From an uncultured Collinsella sp. (GTDB lineage Bacteria > Actinomycetota > Coriobacteriia > Coriobacteriales > Coriobacteriaceae), in NCBI GenBank assembly GCA_902491895.1, contig CABUJH010000002.1:2143-66142 (forward strand): a DNA stretch of 64,000 bases. The letters are read 5' to 3'. Numbering within the stretch: the first letter of the stretch is position 1; every line of letters begins with the position of its first letter. Positions 16,657 through 27,278 of this stretch are shown here, one piece after another. The position numbers and the translations under genes were made by a program. The notes below the pieces were generated by a model that was not told the DNA's origin, searched no databases, and saw nothing but the letters and a program-made list of their open reading frames with translations.

Positions 16657-19224
16657 TTATTTGCCCTTGGGCTTGCTGGCGTAGAACTTCTTCTTTTTGA
16701 GCTTGCCGGCGGGGGAGGGCTTGCCAGCAAAGTTGGACTTGCCGTTGCCGGCCTGCGCGTGCGCGGGCGCCGTTGCGCGAGGCTTACGGGCCTCGGGGTT
16801 ACGCAGCTCCTCGACGCGCTCGGCAATCTCCTCGGCGCTAAAGCCGACCTCGGCCATGGCGTCCTCAATGGGCAGGCGGCGCACGATATAGCAGTGGTGC
16901 ACCTTCTGGTTGCGCGCGAAATCCTCGGGGATGGTCTGCGCCGTAATGTCCTCCAGCACGACGCCCGCGCGCGCGAGCTTGCGCGTCTCGGGGCGGAAGC
17001 CGCGCAGGTTGCAGCTAAAGATGGCGTGGCCGCCCTGTGCGAGCAGGCGCGATACGCCGGCCAAAAGCTCAACATGGTCGCGCTGGACATCCCAGGTGCG
17101 GCGGCCCATCTTGGATGAGTTCGAAAACGTGGGCGGATCGACAAAAATCAGGTCCCAGCGGTTGCGCGTCTGGCGCTGGTCGCGAATCCAGGCGAGCACG
17201 TCGTCGCGCACAAAATGATGCTGCGGACCAACAAAGCCGTTCTGGCGCATATTGCGCTCGGCCCAGTCCAGGTAGGTGTTGGAAAGGTCGACTGTCACGG
17301 TTTCCTCGACGCCGCCGTCGGCCGCATAGCAGGTGGCGGTGCCGGTATAGGCGAACAGATTGAGGAAGCGGCGTGCCTGTTTGGCGTGTTCGCGCACCAG
17401 GTTGCGGGTGACGCGGTGATCCAGGAAGATGCCCACATCCAGGTAGTCGTCAAAGTTGACGGCAAAGGTGAGCCCGCCTTCTTCGATGAGCGGCAGACGC
17501 CGGCGCGCGATGTTGGCGCGCTCGCCCGATCCGCCCTTGCCGGCGCCCTGCTTGCCGTACTGCGAGCCGCCACGCGAACGCATGCGGGCCTTGGCGTGCA
17601 CATGCTCGGCCGGAACATCAAGGATGCGCGGCGCGATGGCCAAGATGTCGAGCATGCGGGCCTGGGCCAGCGCGGGGTCGATGGTCTTGGGCGCGGCGTA
17701 TTCGGCGATGACGAGCCAGCGGCCCGGCGTCTGCGGGCAACCCTCGTACAGGTCGATGGCAGCGGAGTAGTCGGGCAGGTCGGCATCGTAGACGCGATAG
17801 CAGCTCACGCCCTCGCGCTTGGCCCACTTGCGGCGCAGACGGGCATTCTTGCGCAGGCGGTTGGCGAACTGCTCGGACTCCGGGATGAGCACGGGCAGCG
17901 GCTTGCCGTCGCCCAAGTCGAGCGTGGCGGCAGGTTCGGGCATGGAGGAAGCGGCGGCTTCGTCGTTGGCTTCGTTGGCATCCGCAACCTCGGCCTCGGC
18001 ATCCGCGCTGGTCGCAGCCTCAAACGCTGCAGCGGCGTGGTCGAGTGAGGGCCAAACCTCAAGAGCCGCCTCCTCGTTATTGGGCATGACGGCGATCGAG
18101 CGCTCGGGCTCGGCGTGGAGCGCGCGGGCCAGCAAGCCGTCGCGGGTGAGAGCGGCGACCGGCGCCGAAGCGAGCTCGGGGGCGCGGCGCAGCTCGCCGA
18201 TGAGCGTCATGGCATCGTGCATGAGCGAAAGCGGGGTCTCGGTCGTGTCCGCGACCAGGGCGGCACCGGCGACGGCGCCCGCATGGTCCAGCACGGTGGC
18301 GGGCTTGGCGGCACAAAAGTTGACAAAACGCTTGTAGCCGGCGCACTTGACCATGCGCTCGGCAGTCTTGCGGGCGGCGGGGTCGATGTCTACGGCCACG
18401 ATGCGCGCCTGGCGCTCGCGCGCTGCCGCCTCGCGCTCGCGCGCCTCGGCAAGCAGCTGCTCCCACAGGACAGCGTCGTGCAGCTGCCAGCCCTCAAAGC
18501 CCCAGCGCTCGCGTGCGGCGCCCGGGGCGCGGTCGGTCAGAATGTTCACGGCCTCCAGCAGCAGACCGCCGCCGGCGCACGAGGCATCGATCAGCGTGGG
18601 AAGGGCTTCGTTTTCGTAATCGTCGGCCGTCAGCTCGCGCTCGCATAGTGCGGTCCAGCCGACCTGCGCCAGCACCAGGGCGGCGTAGTCGGGGCGCAAC
18701 ACGTGTGCGCCCTCGCCGGCACGAGTCGCAGCGGGCGGCAGACGCTTGAACAGCGGGTCGCCCGAAAGGTCCAGGCTGATGCTCGCGCGGCGCTGACGCA
18801 GCGAAAGCAACAGGTGAACATCGGGGTCGGCGGCATCGACGTCGGCGCGACGGCCCGTGGTCTCGGCCAGACGGTCGCACAGCGCGTCTTTGGCGCGCAG
18901 GGCCGAGAAGCGCGTGTTGCGCAGCTGCTCGGTCACGCCGCGGGCGGTGATGGCGATGGTGGCGCCGGGGCGGATGATGGTCTCCCAGGCGATGTCGTAA
19001 ACGCTATCGTACAGTTCATCGGCATCCTGCGCCTCAAAGCGCCCGAGTACCACGAACACACGGCTCGCCAGGCGCGACCACAGACAGGCGCGGTAGCCTT
19101 CTTCGAGCTCGCCCTCAAATGTAGCGCGGCCCTTCAGCCGGCGAACATGCGAAAGCCCGAGGCGTTTAAGCTCATCGGCGAGTGCGGACTCAAAGCCCTC
19201 GGGGCAGCTTGCGTAAAATTCCAT
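16657..19224 (-). CDS. rlmKL: Bifunctional 23S rRNA methyltransferase RlmK/RlmL
   Basis: N-terminal CLWSRLASRV/THUMP region; FANRLRKN, YRVYDADLPDY, GIFLDHR, FLNLFAYTG, DPPTFSNSSKM. Confidence 0.92.
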   Translation of the reverse strand: MEFYASCPEGFESALADELKRLGLSHVRRLKGRATFEGELEEGYRACLWSRLASRVFVVLGRFEAQDADELYDSVYDIAWETIIRPGATIAITARGVTEQLRNTRFSALRAKDALCDRLAETTGRRADVDAADPDVHLLLSLRQRRASISLDLSGDPLFKRLPPAATRAGEGAHVLRPDYAALVLAQVGWTALCERELTADDYENEALPTLIDASCAGGGLLLEAVNILTDRAPGAARERWGFEGWQLHDAVLWEQLLAEAREREAAARERQARIVAVDIDPAARKTAERMVKCAGYKRFVNFCAAKPATVLDHAGAVAGAALVADTTETPLSLMHDAMTLIGELRRAPELASAPVAALTRDGLLARALHAEPERSIAVMPNNEEAALEVWPSLDHAAAAFEAATSADAEAEVADANEANDEAAASSMPEPAATLDLGDGKPLPVLIPESEQFANRLRKNARLRRKWAKREGVSCYRVYDADLPDYSAAIDLYEGCPQTPGRWLVIAEYAAPKTIDPALAQARMLDILAIAPRILDVPAEHVHAKARMRSRGGSQYGKQGAGKGGSGERANIARRRLPLIEEGGLTFAVNFDDYLDVGIFLDHRVTRNLVREHAKQARRFLNLFAYTGTATCYAADGGVEETVTVDLSNTYLDWAERNMRQNGFVGPQHHFVRDDVLAWIRDQRQTRNRWDLIFVDPPTFSNSSKMGRRTWDVQRDHVELLAGVSRLLAQGGHAIFSCNLRGFRPETRKLARAGVVLEDITAQTIPEDFARNQKVHHCYIVRRLPIEDAMAEVGFSAEEIAERVEELRNPEARKPRATAPAHAQAGNGKSNFAGKPSPAGKLKKKKFYASKPKGK

Positions 19225-19299
19225 GGGTGACCTCTCTGGTTGCGTCGCTCCATTATATGATGGTTACTTCGTTTACTCTCGCCCCCGAAAGGAACCCAT

Positions 19300-20127
19300 A
19301 TGATTGATGCGTGCCCCGATTCCGCCGTGCTCTTTTTTGACGTGGACGGCACGCTGACGTCGTTCGATCCCGACAACATGACCGACAAGGACTTTTCGGC
19401 GGTTCACCCCTCGCAGGCGGTCGTCGAGGCGTTTCATCGTCTGCGCGACGCGGGACACCATGCATTTATCTGCACGGGTCGTCCCTTGTGGCTGATTGCC
19501 GATGGCCTGCGCGCGCTGAACCCGGCGGGTGTCGTTGCCATGGCGGGAGCGACGCTCGAGGTCGAGGGCCGCGTGGTGCATGAGGACTGCTTTGACGAGG
19601 ACGTTATTGAGGAGCTTGCGCGCCGTATGGCCGCGGCAGGGATTGAGGCCTTTTTCGAGACCAACGTGGCTACTTTTGCCCTGGAACCCGCGGGTGTTGA
19701 GCAGTCGTCTCTGATCGGCACTTCTGTGGTGCACAGCACCGAGGAAATGCGCGTCGACGGCAGTCTGCGCGTGGGCAAGGTATGCCTCAGTGTGCCCAGT
19801 TTGGCTCGCGTGGCCAACGATGACGGCTTTATCGATCGCGAGTTTGAGCTGTGCAACACCGGTGGCCAGAATCGCGAGCTGAGCCCCAAGGGCATTGACA
19901 AGGGCGTGGGCGTGGCGCGAGCGCTGGAATACCTGGGTCGCACCGGCAACGCGCGCACCTTTGGCTTTGGCGATTCCGGCAACGATCTGGGTATGCTCGC
20001 CGCTGTCGAGACGGCCGTGGCCATGGGCAACGCTATGCCCGAGGTCAAGGCGCTCGCCGACTACGTGACTGATGATGTCGCACACGACGGCACCGTCACA
20101 GCGATGCAGCATTTCGGCCTCATCTAA
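19300..20127 (+). CDS. Cof-type HAD hydrolase
   Basis: FFDVDGTL, CTGR, DKGVG, FGDSGNDLGML, AMGNA. Confidence 0.9.
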   Translation: MIDACPDSAVLFFDVDGTLTSFDPDNMTDKDFSAVHPSQAVVEAFHRLRDAGHHAFICTGRPLWLIADGLRALNPAGVVAMAGATLEVEGRVVHEDCFDEDVIEELARRMAAAGIEAFFETNVATFALEPAGVEQSSLIGTSVVHSTEEMRVDGSLRVGKVCLSVPSLARVANDDGFIDREFELCNTGGQNRELSPKGIDKGVGVARALEYLGRTGNARTFGFGDSGNDLGMLAAVETAVAMGNAMPEVKALADYVTDDVAHDGTVTAMQHFGLI

Positions 20128-20320
20128 TGAATCCCACGTTCTGACGTTTGCTCAAACTGCGACTCTTTGCTTTTGCATGCTCAATCGATTTATCAATCCA
20201 AACACTGAGGTGTTTATACCGTTCGCCGAGAAGATAAAAAACCGCAGCTCACGCCTTGATAAACGTAGGTAAAGTGTTTAGCAGTTTAACGCCCATGTGC
20301 AAGCGAAAGGAATCAGGCAG

Positions 20321-21025
20321 ATGGCAATCAAGGTGTTCGCTGACGGTGCAAACCTCGAGGGCATGCTCGACATGTACGAGAACGGCAACGTTCAGGGTTT
20401 CACGACCAACCCGTCCCTTATGAAGAAGGGCGGCGTGACGGATTACCGCGCGTTTGCCAAGGAGGTCCTGGCCCACATCACCGATGTGTCCGTCTCGTTT
20501 GAGGTCTTTGCCGACGACGTCGAGACCATGGAGGTCGAGGCGCGCGAGATCGCTACCTGGGCCGAGAACGTCTACGTCAAGATTCCGTGCGTGACCACCA
20601 AGGGCGAGTCCACCGCCGAGCTGGTGCGCAAGCTTTCGGCCGACGGCATCAAGGTCAACGTCACCACCATCTTTACGCCTACGCAGGTTGATGAGATGGT
20701 CGAGGCCGTCGACGCCGAGACGCCGTCCGTCATCTCGCTCTTTGCCGGCCGCATCGCCGATACCGGCGTCGACCCCATTCCGTTTATGACGGAGTCGGTC
20801 AAGAAGGCCGCCGCAAAGCCCAACTGCGAGGTCCTGTGGGCGTCCACGCGCGAGCTCATCAACATTTACCAGGCCGAGGCCTGCGGTTGCCAGATCATTA
20901 CGGTGCCCAACAGCATCCTGGCCAAGCGCAAGAACATTGGTCGCGACCCGTACGAGGTCTCGCTCGATACCGTGCGCGGTTTTGCCAAGGATATCGCGGC
21001 GCTCGGTTTCCATATCCTGCCGTAG
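20321..21025 (+). CDS. Transaldolase / fructose-6-phosphate aldolase family
   Basis: GFTTNPSL, VYVKIP, KVNVT, ISLFAGRIAD, LWASTR; AAAGGA RBS. Confidence 0.9.
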   Translation: MAIKVFADGANLEGMLDMYENGNVQGFTTNPSLMKKGGVTDYRAFAKEVLAHITDVSVSFEVFADDVETMEVEAREIATWAENVYVKIPCVTTKGESTAELVRKLSADGIKVNVTTIFTPTQVDEMVEAVDAETPSVISLFAGRIADTGVDPIPFMTESVKKAAAKPNCEVLWASTRELINIYQAEACGCQIITVPNSILAKRKNIGRDPYEVSLDTVRGFAKDIAALGFHILP

Positions 21026-21179
21026 CGCGAACACCGACTGTACCGTGGGCTGTTCGCCCCGGCCTTTCCTTTCCCTATCGCTCACGCGCTCCGCGAGGGC
21101 CGCGCTAGGCAAAGGAAAGGCCGGGGCTGCCGGCACGAGCTTGCCAGCAAGTTGGCGATTGGCTTCCATATCCTGCCGT
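21008..21179. repeat. 16-bp direct repeat of the transaldolase 3' end flanking a hairpin insert
   Basis: TTCCATATCCTGCCGT at 21008-21023 and 21164-21179; internal 17-bp perfect stem at 21056-21072/21111-21127. Confidence 0.7.
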
Positions 21180-21262
21180 GGGCAAAGGTACCCCCGCTTG
21201 CGCCGTGCAAAATTGAGAGTATTCAGCAAGGTAAAGGTCTTTATCAGTTAACCGAAGCATGG

Positions 21263-21310
21263 AACGGCCCCCGTTTTGGCTCTGACGACGCTAAAACGGG
21301 GGCTGTTTTT
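21263..21310 (+). terminator. Probable (bidirectional) intrinsic terminator between the transaldolase gene and tex
   Basis: AACGGCCCCCGTTTT...AAAACGGGGGCTGTTTTTT. Confidence 0.6.
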
Positions 21311-21406
21311 TGCTTTTTCGTCTCTGAGGGGCATCCGGAACGGTGGAATTTGCAGAATACTCGCGATTTTGCACATCGCTACAGGGGGTACCTTTGCTTT
21401 GGCGGT

Positions 21407-23554
21407 TTACTTGCCCTGCACCATGGTGAGCGAGATCTTCTTGCGGTCGCGATCGACCTTTTCGACCCACACCTTGACCGTGTCACCGACGCGCACGACG
21501 TCGCTGGGGTGCTTGACAAAGCGGTTGGCCAGCTTAGAGATATGTACGAGGCCGTCCTGGTGCACTCCCACGTCGACGAAGGCGCCAAAGTCGACGACGT
21601 TGCGCACCGTGCCCTTGAGCTCCATGCCGGGTTCCAGGTCGTCGATGGAAAGTGCCGAGCGGCTAAAGACCACCTCGGGCGCGTCGTCGCGCGGGTCGCG
21701 GCCGGGCTTCTTGAGCTCGTTGACGATGTCGATGAGCGTGAGGGTGCCGCAGTCCAGGTCGCTTGCCAGCGTCGAGATGCTGCCCAGACGGCGCTCGATG
21801 TCGGGTACGCCGCCGCGGCTAAGCTCGCTTGCCGCCACGCCTGCGCGCTCAAGGACGGCCGTGGCTACCTCGTAGCTCTCGGGGTGGACGCTCGTCGCGT
21901 CGAGCGGGTTCTTACCGCCGCTGATGCGCAGGAAGCCCGCGGCGTTGAGATATGCCTTGGGCCCCAGCTTGGGGACCTTCTTAAGCTGGCGGCGATCGGT
22001 AAAGGCGCCGTTTTCCTCGCGGTAGGCCACGATGTTCTTGGCCACGCTCGGCGTGATGCCCGATACGTATCCCAGCAGGCTCGCGCTCGCGGTGTTGACG
22101 TCGACGCCCACACGGTTGACGACGTCTTCCACCACGTGGCCCAGGGTGCACGAAAGCTCGGCCTGGTCAAGGTCGTGCTGGTACTGACCCACGCCGATGG
22201 ACTGAGGCGGAATCTTAACGAGCTCTGCCAACGGATCCTGCAGGCGGCGGCCCAGGCTCATGGCGCCACGCACGGTGACGTCCAGGTCGGGGTATTCCTG
22301 ACTGGCGAGCTCGGAGGCGGAGTACACCGACGCGCCGGCCTCATTGACGATGGTGTAGCGAAGGCTGGGCGCCTGCTCGGCAATGAACTCCGAGACGACT
22401 TCCTCGGTCTCGCGGCTGGCGGTGCCGTTGCCGATGACGATGGTGTTGACGCCATCCTTCTTGACGAGGCGGGCGAGCTCGCGCTTGGTGCCGGCGACGT
22501 CGTGGCGCGGCTTGGTGGGGTAGACCACGCCGTGGTCGAGTAGCTTGCCGGTCTCGTCCATGACGGCGACCTTGCAGCCGGTGCGGTAGCCCGGGTCGAG
22601 CGCGAGCACGCGTGCGCCGCGCACGGGACGTGCCGAGAGCAGGCCCTCGAGATTCTTGGCAAAGACGTTGATGGCCTCGGTCTGCGCGCGAACGGTGAGC
22701 TTGGCGCGGGCTTCGCGCTCCAGCGAGGGGGCCATGAGGCGCTTGTAACCGTCAGCGATGGCGGCGTCAAAGACGGGAGCAAACACGCCCTGACGGCGGG
22801 GCCAACGGCTGCCGAGGCGTGCCGTGGCGGCAGCACCGTCGACGTTCACGCGCACGCGGAGCTTGCCCTCGCGCTCACCGCGGTCGATAGCCAGCACGCG
22901 GTGGTTGGGTATACGGCGCAGCGGCTCATCATAGCTGTAGTACGGCTCGTAGGGGGTCTTCTCGGTGGGGTCGGTGGCCTCGACGACGATATCGGCGGTG
23001 TTTTGCGTAAAAGCGCGCAGGTCGGCGACGTTCTCGGGGTCCTCGGCCACCGTCTCGGCCACGATGTCCGCCGCGCCGGCGAGCGCCTTCTCGGGCGTGT
23101 CGAAGCCGGCTTCCTCGTTGACGTAGGCCGCGGCGGCATCGAGTGCGCTGCCCTTGGCCGAGGCCTGCATGATGATCATGTTGGCAAGCGGCTCCAGGCC
23201 TGCCTCGCGGGCCTTCTGCGCGCGGGTCATGCGCTTTTTGCGGTAGGGCTTGTAGAGGTCCTCGACACGCTGGAGCTGCGTGGCCTCGCGAATCTGCTGC
23301 TCGAGCTCGGGCGTGAGCTTGCCCTGGGCGTCGATGAGCAGAATGACGTCCTCTTTGCGCTGTTCAAGATTGCGCAGGTAGGACAGGCGCTCGTCGAGTG
23401 CGCGCAGGGCGACGTCGTCCATGCCGCCCGTTGCTTCTTTGCGGTAGCGCGAGATAAAGGGGATGGTGTTGCCCTCGTCGATGAGCTTGACGGCTGCCTC
23501 GATGTTGGCGGCCTTAAGGTTGAGCTCGTGGGCGAGCTGGGCGATAAGATCCAT
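21407..23554 (-). CDS. tex: Tex-family RNA-binding transcription accessory protein
   Basis: GNTIPFISRYRKEATG, LDPGYRTGCK, IGNGTASRET, RRLQDPLAELVKI, C-terminal S1 domain. Confidence 0.95.
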   Translation of the reverse strand: MDLIAQLAHELNLKAANIEAAVKLIDEGNTIPFISRYRKEATGGMDDVALRALDERLSYLRNLEQRKEDVILLIDAQGKLTPELEQQIREATQLQRVEDLYKPYRKKRMTRAQKAREAGLEPLANMIIMQASAKGSALDAAAAYVNEEAGFDTPEKALAGAADIVAETVAEDPENVADLRAFTQNTADIVVEATDPTEKTPYEPYYSYDEPLRRIPNHRVLAIDRGEREGKLRVRVNVDGAAATARLGSRWPRRQGVFAPVFDAAIADGYKRLMAPSLEREARAKLTVRAQTEAINVFAKNLEGLLSARPVRGARVLALDPGYRTGCKVAVMDETGKLLDHGVVYPTKPRHDVAGTKRELARLVKKDGVNTIVIGNGTASRETEEVVSEFIAEQAPSLRYTIVNEAGASVYSASELASQEYPDLDVTVRGAMSLGRRLQDPLAELVKIPPQSIGVGQYQHDLDQAELSCTLGHVVEDVVNRVGVDVNTASASLLGYVSGITPSVAKNIVAYREENGAFTDRRQLKKVPKLGPKAYLNAAGFLRISGGKNPLDATSVHPESYEVATAVLERAGVAASELSRGGVPDIERRLGSISTLASDLDCGTLTLIDIVNELKKPGRDPRDDAPEVVFSRSALSIDDLEPGMELKGTVRNVVDFGAFVDVGVHQDGLVHISKLANRFVKHPSDVVRVGDTVKVWVEKVDRDRKKISLTMVQGK

Positions 23555-23963
23555 GGGACTCCTTGCGTTTAAGGTGCGTTTGCAGCACAGGGCTACCAAG
23601 GATACCACCCGTTTCAAAAGACTGTTTTGGGCCCTCGCCACGAAAACGACCTATCTACTACGTTTGAACCGTATGGGTCGACCATCCCCCGGTTTTCAGA
23701 AAATACGCAAGCCGTCTACCTGCGCTTTTGATTTTAGGAAATATGGCATGGTTGAGGGTGATTGGCTAAACGTAGTAGATAGGCCCATTTCGTGGCGAAC
23801 GAATCAGGCTGAGGTGCAAAATGGCCCCCGTCTCAGAAAAATCGTCGGCAAGGTAGCAAAATGCCCCGCGGGCAGGAGGCTGCTCGCGGGGCAAAGAAGA
23901 GGGGCTTATTGGTGGCGGACCGAGGGGTTCGGCATGGGGTTTGCCGCGGTCTGCCCTAAGGCA

Positions 23964-25004
23964 TTACAGCTCGACGAGCTGGCCGGTCTCGGCGGCCTCC
24001 TTGATGGCGTTGAGAAGCGTGAGCGTCTTGACGTTGTCGGCGGGGGTTACGACGGGCTCGACCTCGCGGCGGACAACCTTCACAAAGTGCTTGAGCTGCA
24101 TCTTGTGTGGCAGTGCCGGGTCGACAGCCGGAATCTCCATCTGCAGCGGCTTGTGCCAGTTGGAGGCGCCGTCGTAGGAGAACTGGTGCAGGCGGGGCAG
24201 CGACAGGGCGCCCTTGGTGCCGCCGATAAAGTAGGCGTCGGCGTCGAAGGGGCGGTACTGCGGATCCTCGCGAGCGGTTGCCTCCCAGTTCCAGGGGCTG
24301 GCGGTGGCGTCGGAGATGGTCATGCTTGCGAGCGCGCCATCGGCAAAACGGACGTTGACCACGGCGGAGTCCTCGGTCTCAAAACCGCGGGCGGCGCTGG
24401 ACTGCATACCCTGGACGGCAACAGGCTCGCCCAGCAGATAGCGGAGCAGGTCGACGTCGTGAACCAGGTTGACCAGGATCGGGCCGGCACCCTTCTTGCG
24501 GCGCCACTCGACATCGAAATACTCGTCATTCTTATAGATCATGTAGTGGAAGCTCGACACGGTGAGCTTGCCCAGCTCGCCGGACTCGATGATCTCCTTG
24601 GCCTTGTTGACGAAGGGGTTGTGGCGACGGTGCTGACCTACGAGCACGGGCACGCCGGCGGTCTCGGCCTCGGCGGCGAAGGCCTGGGCATCCTCGAGAT
24701 CGTTGGAGATCGGCTTTTCGATCAACGGCACGATATTGCGCTTCACAGCCTCGCGGGCAACGCCCAGGTGCAAGTCGTTGGGGGTGGCGATAATGACGGC
24801 CTCGGGTTTGACCTCGTCCATCATCTGGGCGGGATCGGTGTAAAACGGCACGCCGGCGGCCTCGGCCGTGGCGCGAGCGCCCTCAAAGGCGTCGGCGATG
24901 GCGACGAGTTCGGCCTCGGGTTCCTCGGTGACAAAGCGGATGTGGTTGCGGCCCATGGCGCCGGCGCCGATAACGGCAATGCGGACGGGGTTGAGCTCAG
25001 ACAT
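23964..25004 (-). CDS. Gfo/Idh/MocA family oxidoreductase
   Basis: IGAGAMG, ATPNDLH, IEKPI, GQHRRHNP, NLVHDVD. Confidence 0.9.
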   Translation of the reverse strand: MSELNPVRIAVIGAGAMGRNHIRFVTEEPEAELVAIADAFEGARATAEAAGVPFYTDPAQMMDEVKPEAVIIATPNDLHLGVAREAVKRNIVPLIEKPISNDLEDAQAFAAEAETAGVPVLVGQHRRHNPFVNKAKEIIESGELGKLTVSSFHYMIYKNDEYFDVEWRRKKGAGPILVNLVHDVDLLRYLLGEPVAVQGMQSSAARGFETEDSAVVNVRFADGALASMTISDATASPWNWEATAREDPQYRPFDADAYFIGGTKGALSLPRLHQFSYDGASNWHKPLQMEIPAVDPALPHKMQLKHFVKVVRREVEPVVTPADNVKTLTLLNAIKEAAETGQLVEL

Positions 25005-25033
25005 TTCGACTCCTTAATACTGGTGACCGGTGG

Positions 25034-25066
25034 GATGCGACAAAGGGGCTGTCCCTTTGTCGCATC
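25034..25066. repeat. REP-like palindrome
   Basis: GATGCGACAAAGGGGCTGTCCCTTTGTCGCATC. Confidence 0.8.
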
Positions 25067-25073
25067 GGTAAAA

Positions 25074-26330
25074 CTAGGCGGACTTCTTCTTGCTGTCGGA
25101 GACCATCATGTAGACGGTGAGCACGACGGCGATGGCGGCGATCACAATGGCGCCGTAGAAGGACTGCTGGTAGGCGGCGCTGCCGGCCTCGGCGTGATAC
25201 AGCACGGCGGTGATGGGCTGGCTGATCCAGGTGGAAGCGGCATAACCCAAAAACATGATGCCGTAGTTGACGCCGATGTTGCTGGTGCCAAAGGCGCCAC
25301 CGGTGAGCGGCGGGTAGATGACGAGCAGAGCGCCAAAGCTAAAGCCGAGCAGGGCGAGCGCCACAAAGAACATGCTCTGCGTAAAGCTCATCGACATGAT
25401 GACGAGTGCGACGATGGTGACGACAAGGCTGATGAGCAGCGACTTATAGGCGCCGAGCTTGTCGATGATCTGGCCAAAGGACAGACGGCCGACCAGGTTG
25501 GCGCAGGTGTTGACGGAGACGACCACGCCGCCGAGGGCGACGGCCGCGGCGCTCGTGGGGTCGGCGAAGAGCTGGACGGCGGCGATGGAGGCAACCTTGC
25601 CCACGAGCAGGGTGCCCGCGGTGGCGGCAAAGGCGAAGGTGACGATGAGGACCCAGAAGCGCGGGGTCTTGACCATCTCGCCCGGGGTGAGGTCGCCGAA
25701 GGTGCCGGCATGTGCGCCACCCTTGGGGGCCTCGAAGCCCTCGGGCAGCCAGCCGGCCTCGGGGGCCTTCAGGAACAGGGCGGAGGCGGCGATTGTCACA
25801 AAGAAAATGACGCCGAGCGCCTTAAGGGCGCCAAAGATGCCCAGGCTCGGGATGAGCAGCGAGGCGAGCACCGGGGACAGCACGGCGGGGCCGGCGGTCG
25901 AAGCGGCCAGGGTGATGCCGGAGGCGAGACCCTTCTTGTCGATGAACCACTTTTGGCCGGTGGTGAGCGCCGGGTTGTAGCCCAGGCCGTTGCCGATGGC
26001 GGCGACGAGCGAGAACCACAGGTAGAACTGCCACGGCTCGGTGACGGTACCGGACATGAACCAGCCCAGGCCGTAGCACACGGCGGCGGCGATCACGACG
26101 TTGCGCGGGCCGATCTTATCGGAGATGCGGCCGGCGAAGATGCCCGTCACGGCCATGATGGTCTGAAAGACCGGGAAGGCCCAGGTAAGAGCGCTGGACC
26201 ACTCGGGGTAGACGGCGAGCAGGTTCTTGCTCACGACGGAATACAGCGCGATGGAGCTGATGAAGAACATGGTGACGCACGCGGCGGAAAGCACGACGGC
26301 GCGACCCTTGTTGGAGTTGGTGGAAGCCAT
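25074..26330 (-). CDS. MFS transporter (OFA/oxalate:formate antiporter-like)
   Basis: ~12 TM; GRISDKIGPR, KWFIDKKGLASGI, NLVGRLSFG, GVNYGIMF. Confidence 0.88.
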   Translation of the reverse strand: MASTNSNKGRAVVLSAACVTMFFISSIALYSVVSKNLLAVYPEWSSALTWAFPVFQTIMAVTGIFAGRISDKIGPRNVVIAAAVCYGLGWFMSGTVTEPWQFYLWFSLVAAIGNGLGYNPALTTGQKWFIDKKGLASGITLAASTAGPAVLSPVLASLLIPSLGIFGALKALGVIFFVTIAASALFLKAPEAGWLPEGFEAPKGGAHAGTFGDLTPGEMVKTPRFWVLIVTFAFAATAGTLLVGKVASIAAVQLFADPTSAAAVALGGVVVSVNTCANLVGRLSFGQIIDKLGAYKSLLISLVVTIVALVIMSMSFTQSMFFVALALLGFSFGALLVIYPPLTGGAFGTSNIGVNYGIMFLGYAASTWISQPITAVLYHAEAGSAAYQQSFYGAIVIAAIAVVLTVYMMVSDSKKKSA

Positions 26331-26396
26331 TGGACTCTTTCTAATCGATACGGGGGAGGAACAGGCGTGTCTGCGGGTCCTCCCTGTCGGGTTGGT

Positions 26397-27278
26397 TTAC
26401 TGGTCAGTCGGCTTGGCGACGCCGGACTCATCGGACCAGAGCTCGACACCCTTGTTCTTAAGGTAGTTGTCGGCATAGGCGCGACGGCCGCCGGGCTTGG
26501 CGGTGAGGTCGCCCATCATGTTGGAGAAGCCGCCGTCGACCTTGATGGCGTCGCCGGTGGTAAAGTCCGAGCGCCTGGACGCCAGGAACATGACGGCGTT
26601 GGCGATATCGCTGACCTCGCCGATGCGGCGCGTGGCGATTAGGCGGCTGCGGCTCTTTTCGACCTCGGGGTCGGCGTAGAAATTGGCCGACATCGGGGTC
26701 TTAACGAAGCAGGGCTCGACGCAGTTGGAGCGCACGCCGTAGGGGCCCCACTCGGCGGCCAGCATCTTGGACATCATGTTGACGCCCGCCTTGGTGGAGC
26801 TGTACACGCCCGAGAACGTCTCGGGGGAGTGGCTGGCGACGGTCGAGATGTGCACCAGGCGGCCCTGGCCGGCCTTGATCATCTCGCGACCAAAGCGCTG
26901 CGAGGTGATGAAGTAGCCGGTGAGGTTGACGTTGATGACCTCATTCCAGTCGGAGAGCGGCAGGTCCTCCATGGCGGCGAAGCGCAGGATACCGGCGGTG
27001 TTGACGAGGACGTCGACGCGACCGAAGTCGGCGATGGTGGCGTCGACGGCGGCCTGAACCTCGGCCTCGTCGGTGGCGTTCATCTTGTAGCCCTCGGCGT
27101 GGATGCCAAACTCGGCGGCGAGGTCGGCGGCTGCGGCCTTGACCTTCTCCTCGTCCAGGTCGAGCAGGACGACGTTGGCGCCGTTGCGGGCGAACTCGCG
27201 GCAAATCTCGACGCCCATACCGCCGAGCGCGCCGGTCACGGCGCAGACATCGCCCTCGAGCTTAAGCCAATTGCTCAT
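26397..27278 (-). CDS. Short-chain dehydrogenase/reductase
   Basis: TGALGGMG, LVNTAGI, YSSTK, VDGG. Confidence 0.92.
   Translation of the reverse strand: MSNWLKLEGDVCAVTGALGGMGVEICREFARNGANVVLLDLDEEKVKAAAADLAAEFGIHAEGYKMNATDEAEVQAAVDATIADFGRVDVLVNTAGILRFAAMEDLPLSDWNEVINVNLTGYFITSQRFGREMIKAGQGRLVHISTVASHSPETFSGVYSSTKAGVNMMSKMLAAEWGPYGVRSNCVEPCFVKTPMSANFYADPEVEKSRSRLIATRRIGEVSDIANAVMFLASRRSDFTTGDAIKVDGGFSNMMGDLTAKPGGRRAYADNYLKNKGVELWSDESGVAKPTDQ

Noticed and set aside
23463..26642. 1059-aa + strand ORF
   Set aside because: Antisense shadow of the Gfo/MFS/SDR genes caused by high-GC codon bias; no motifs.
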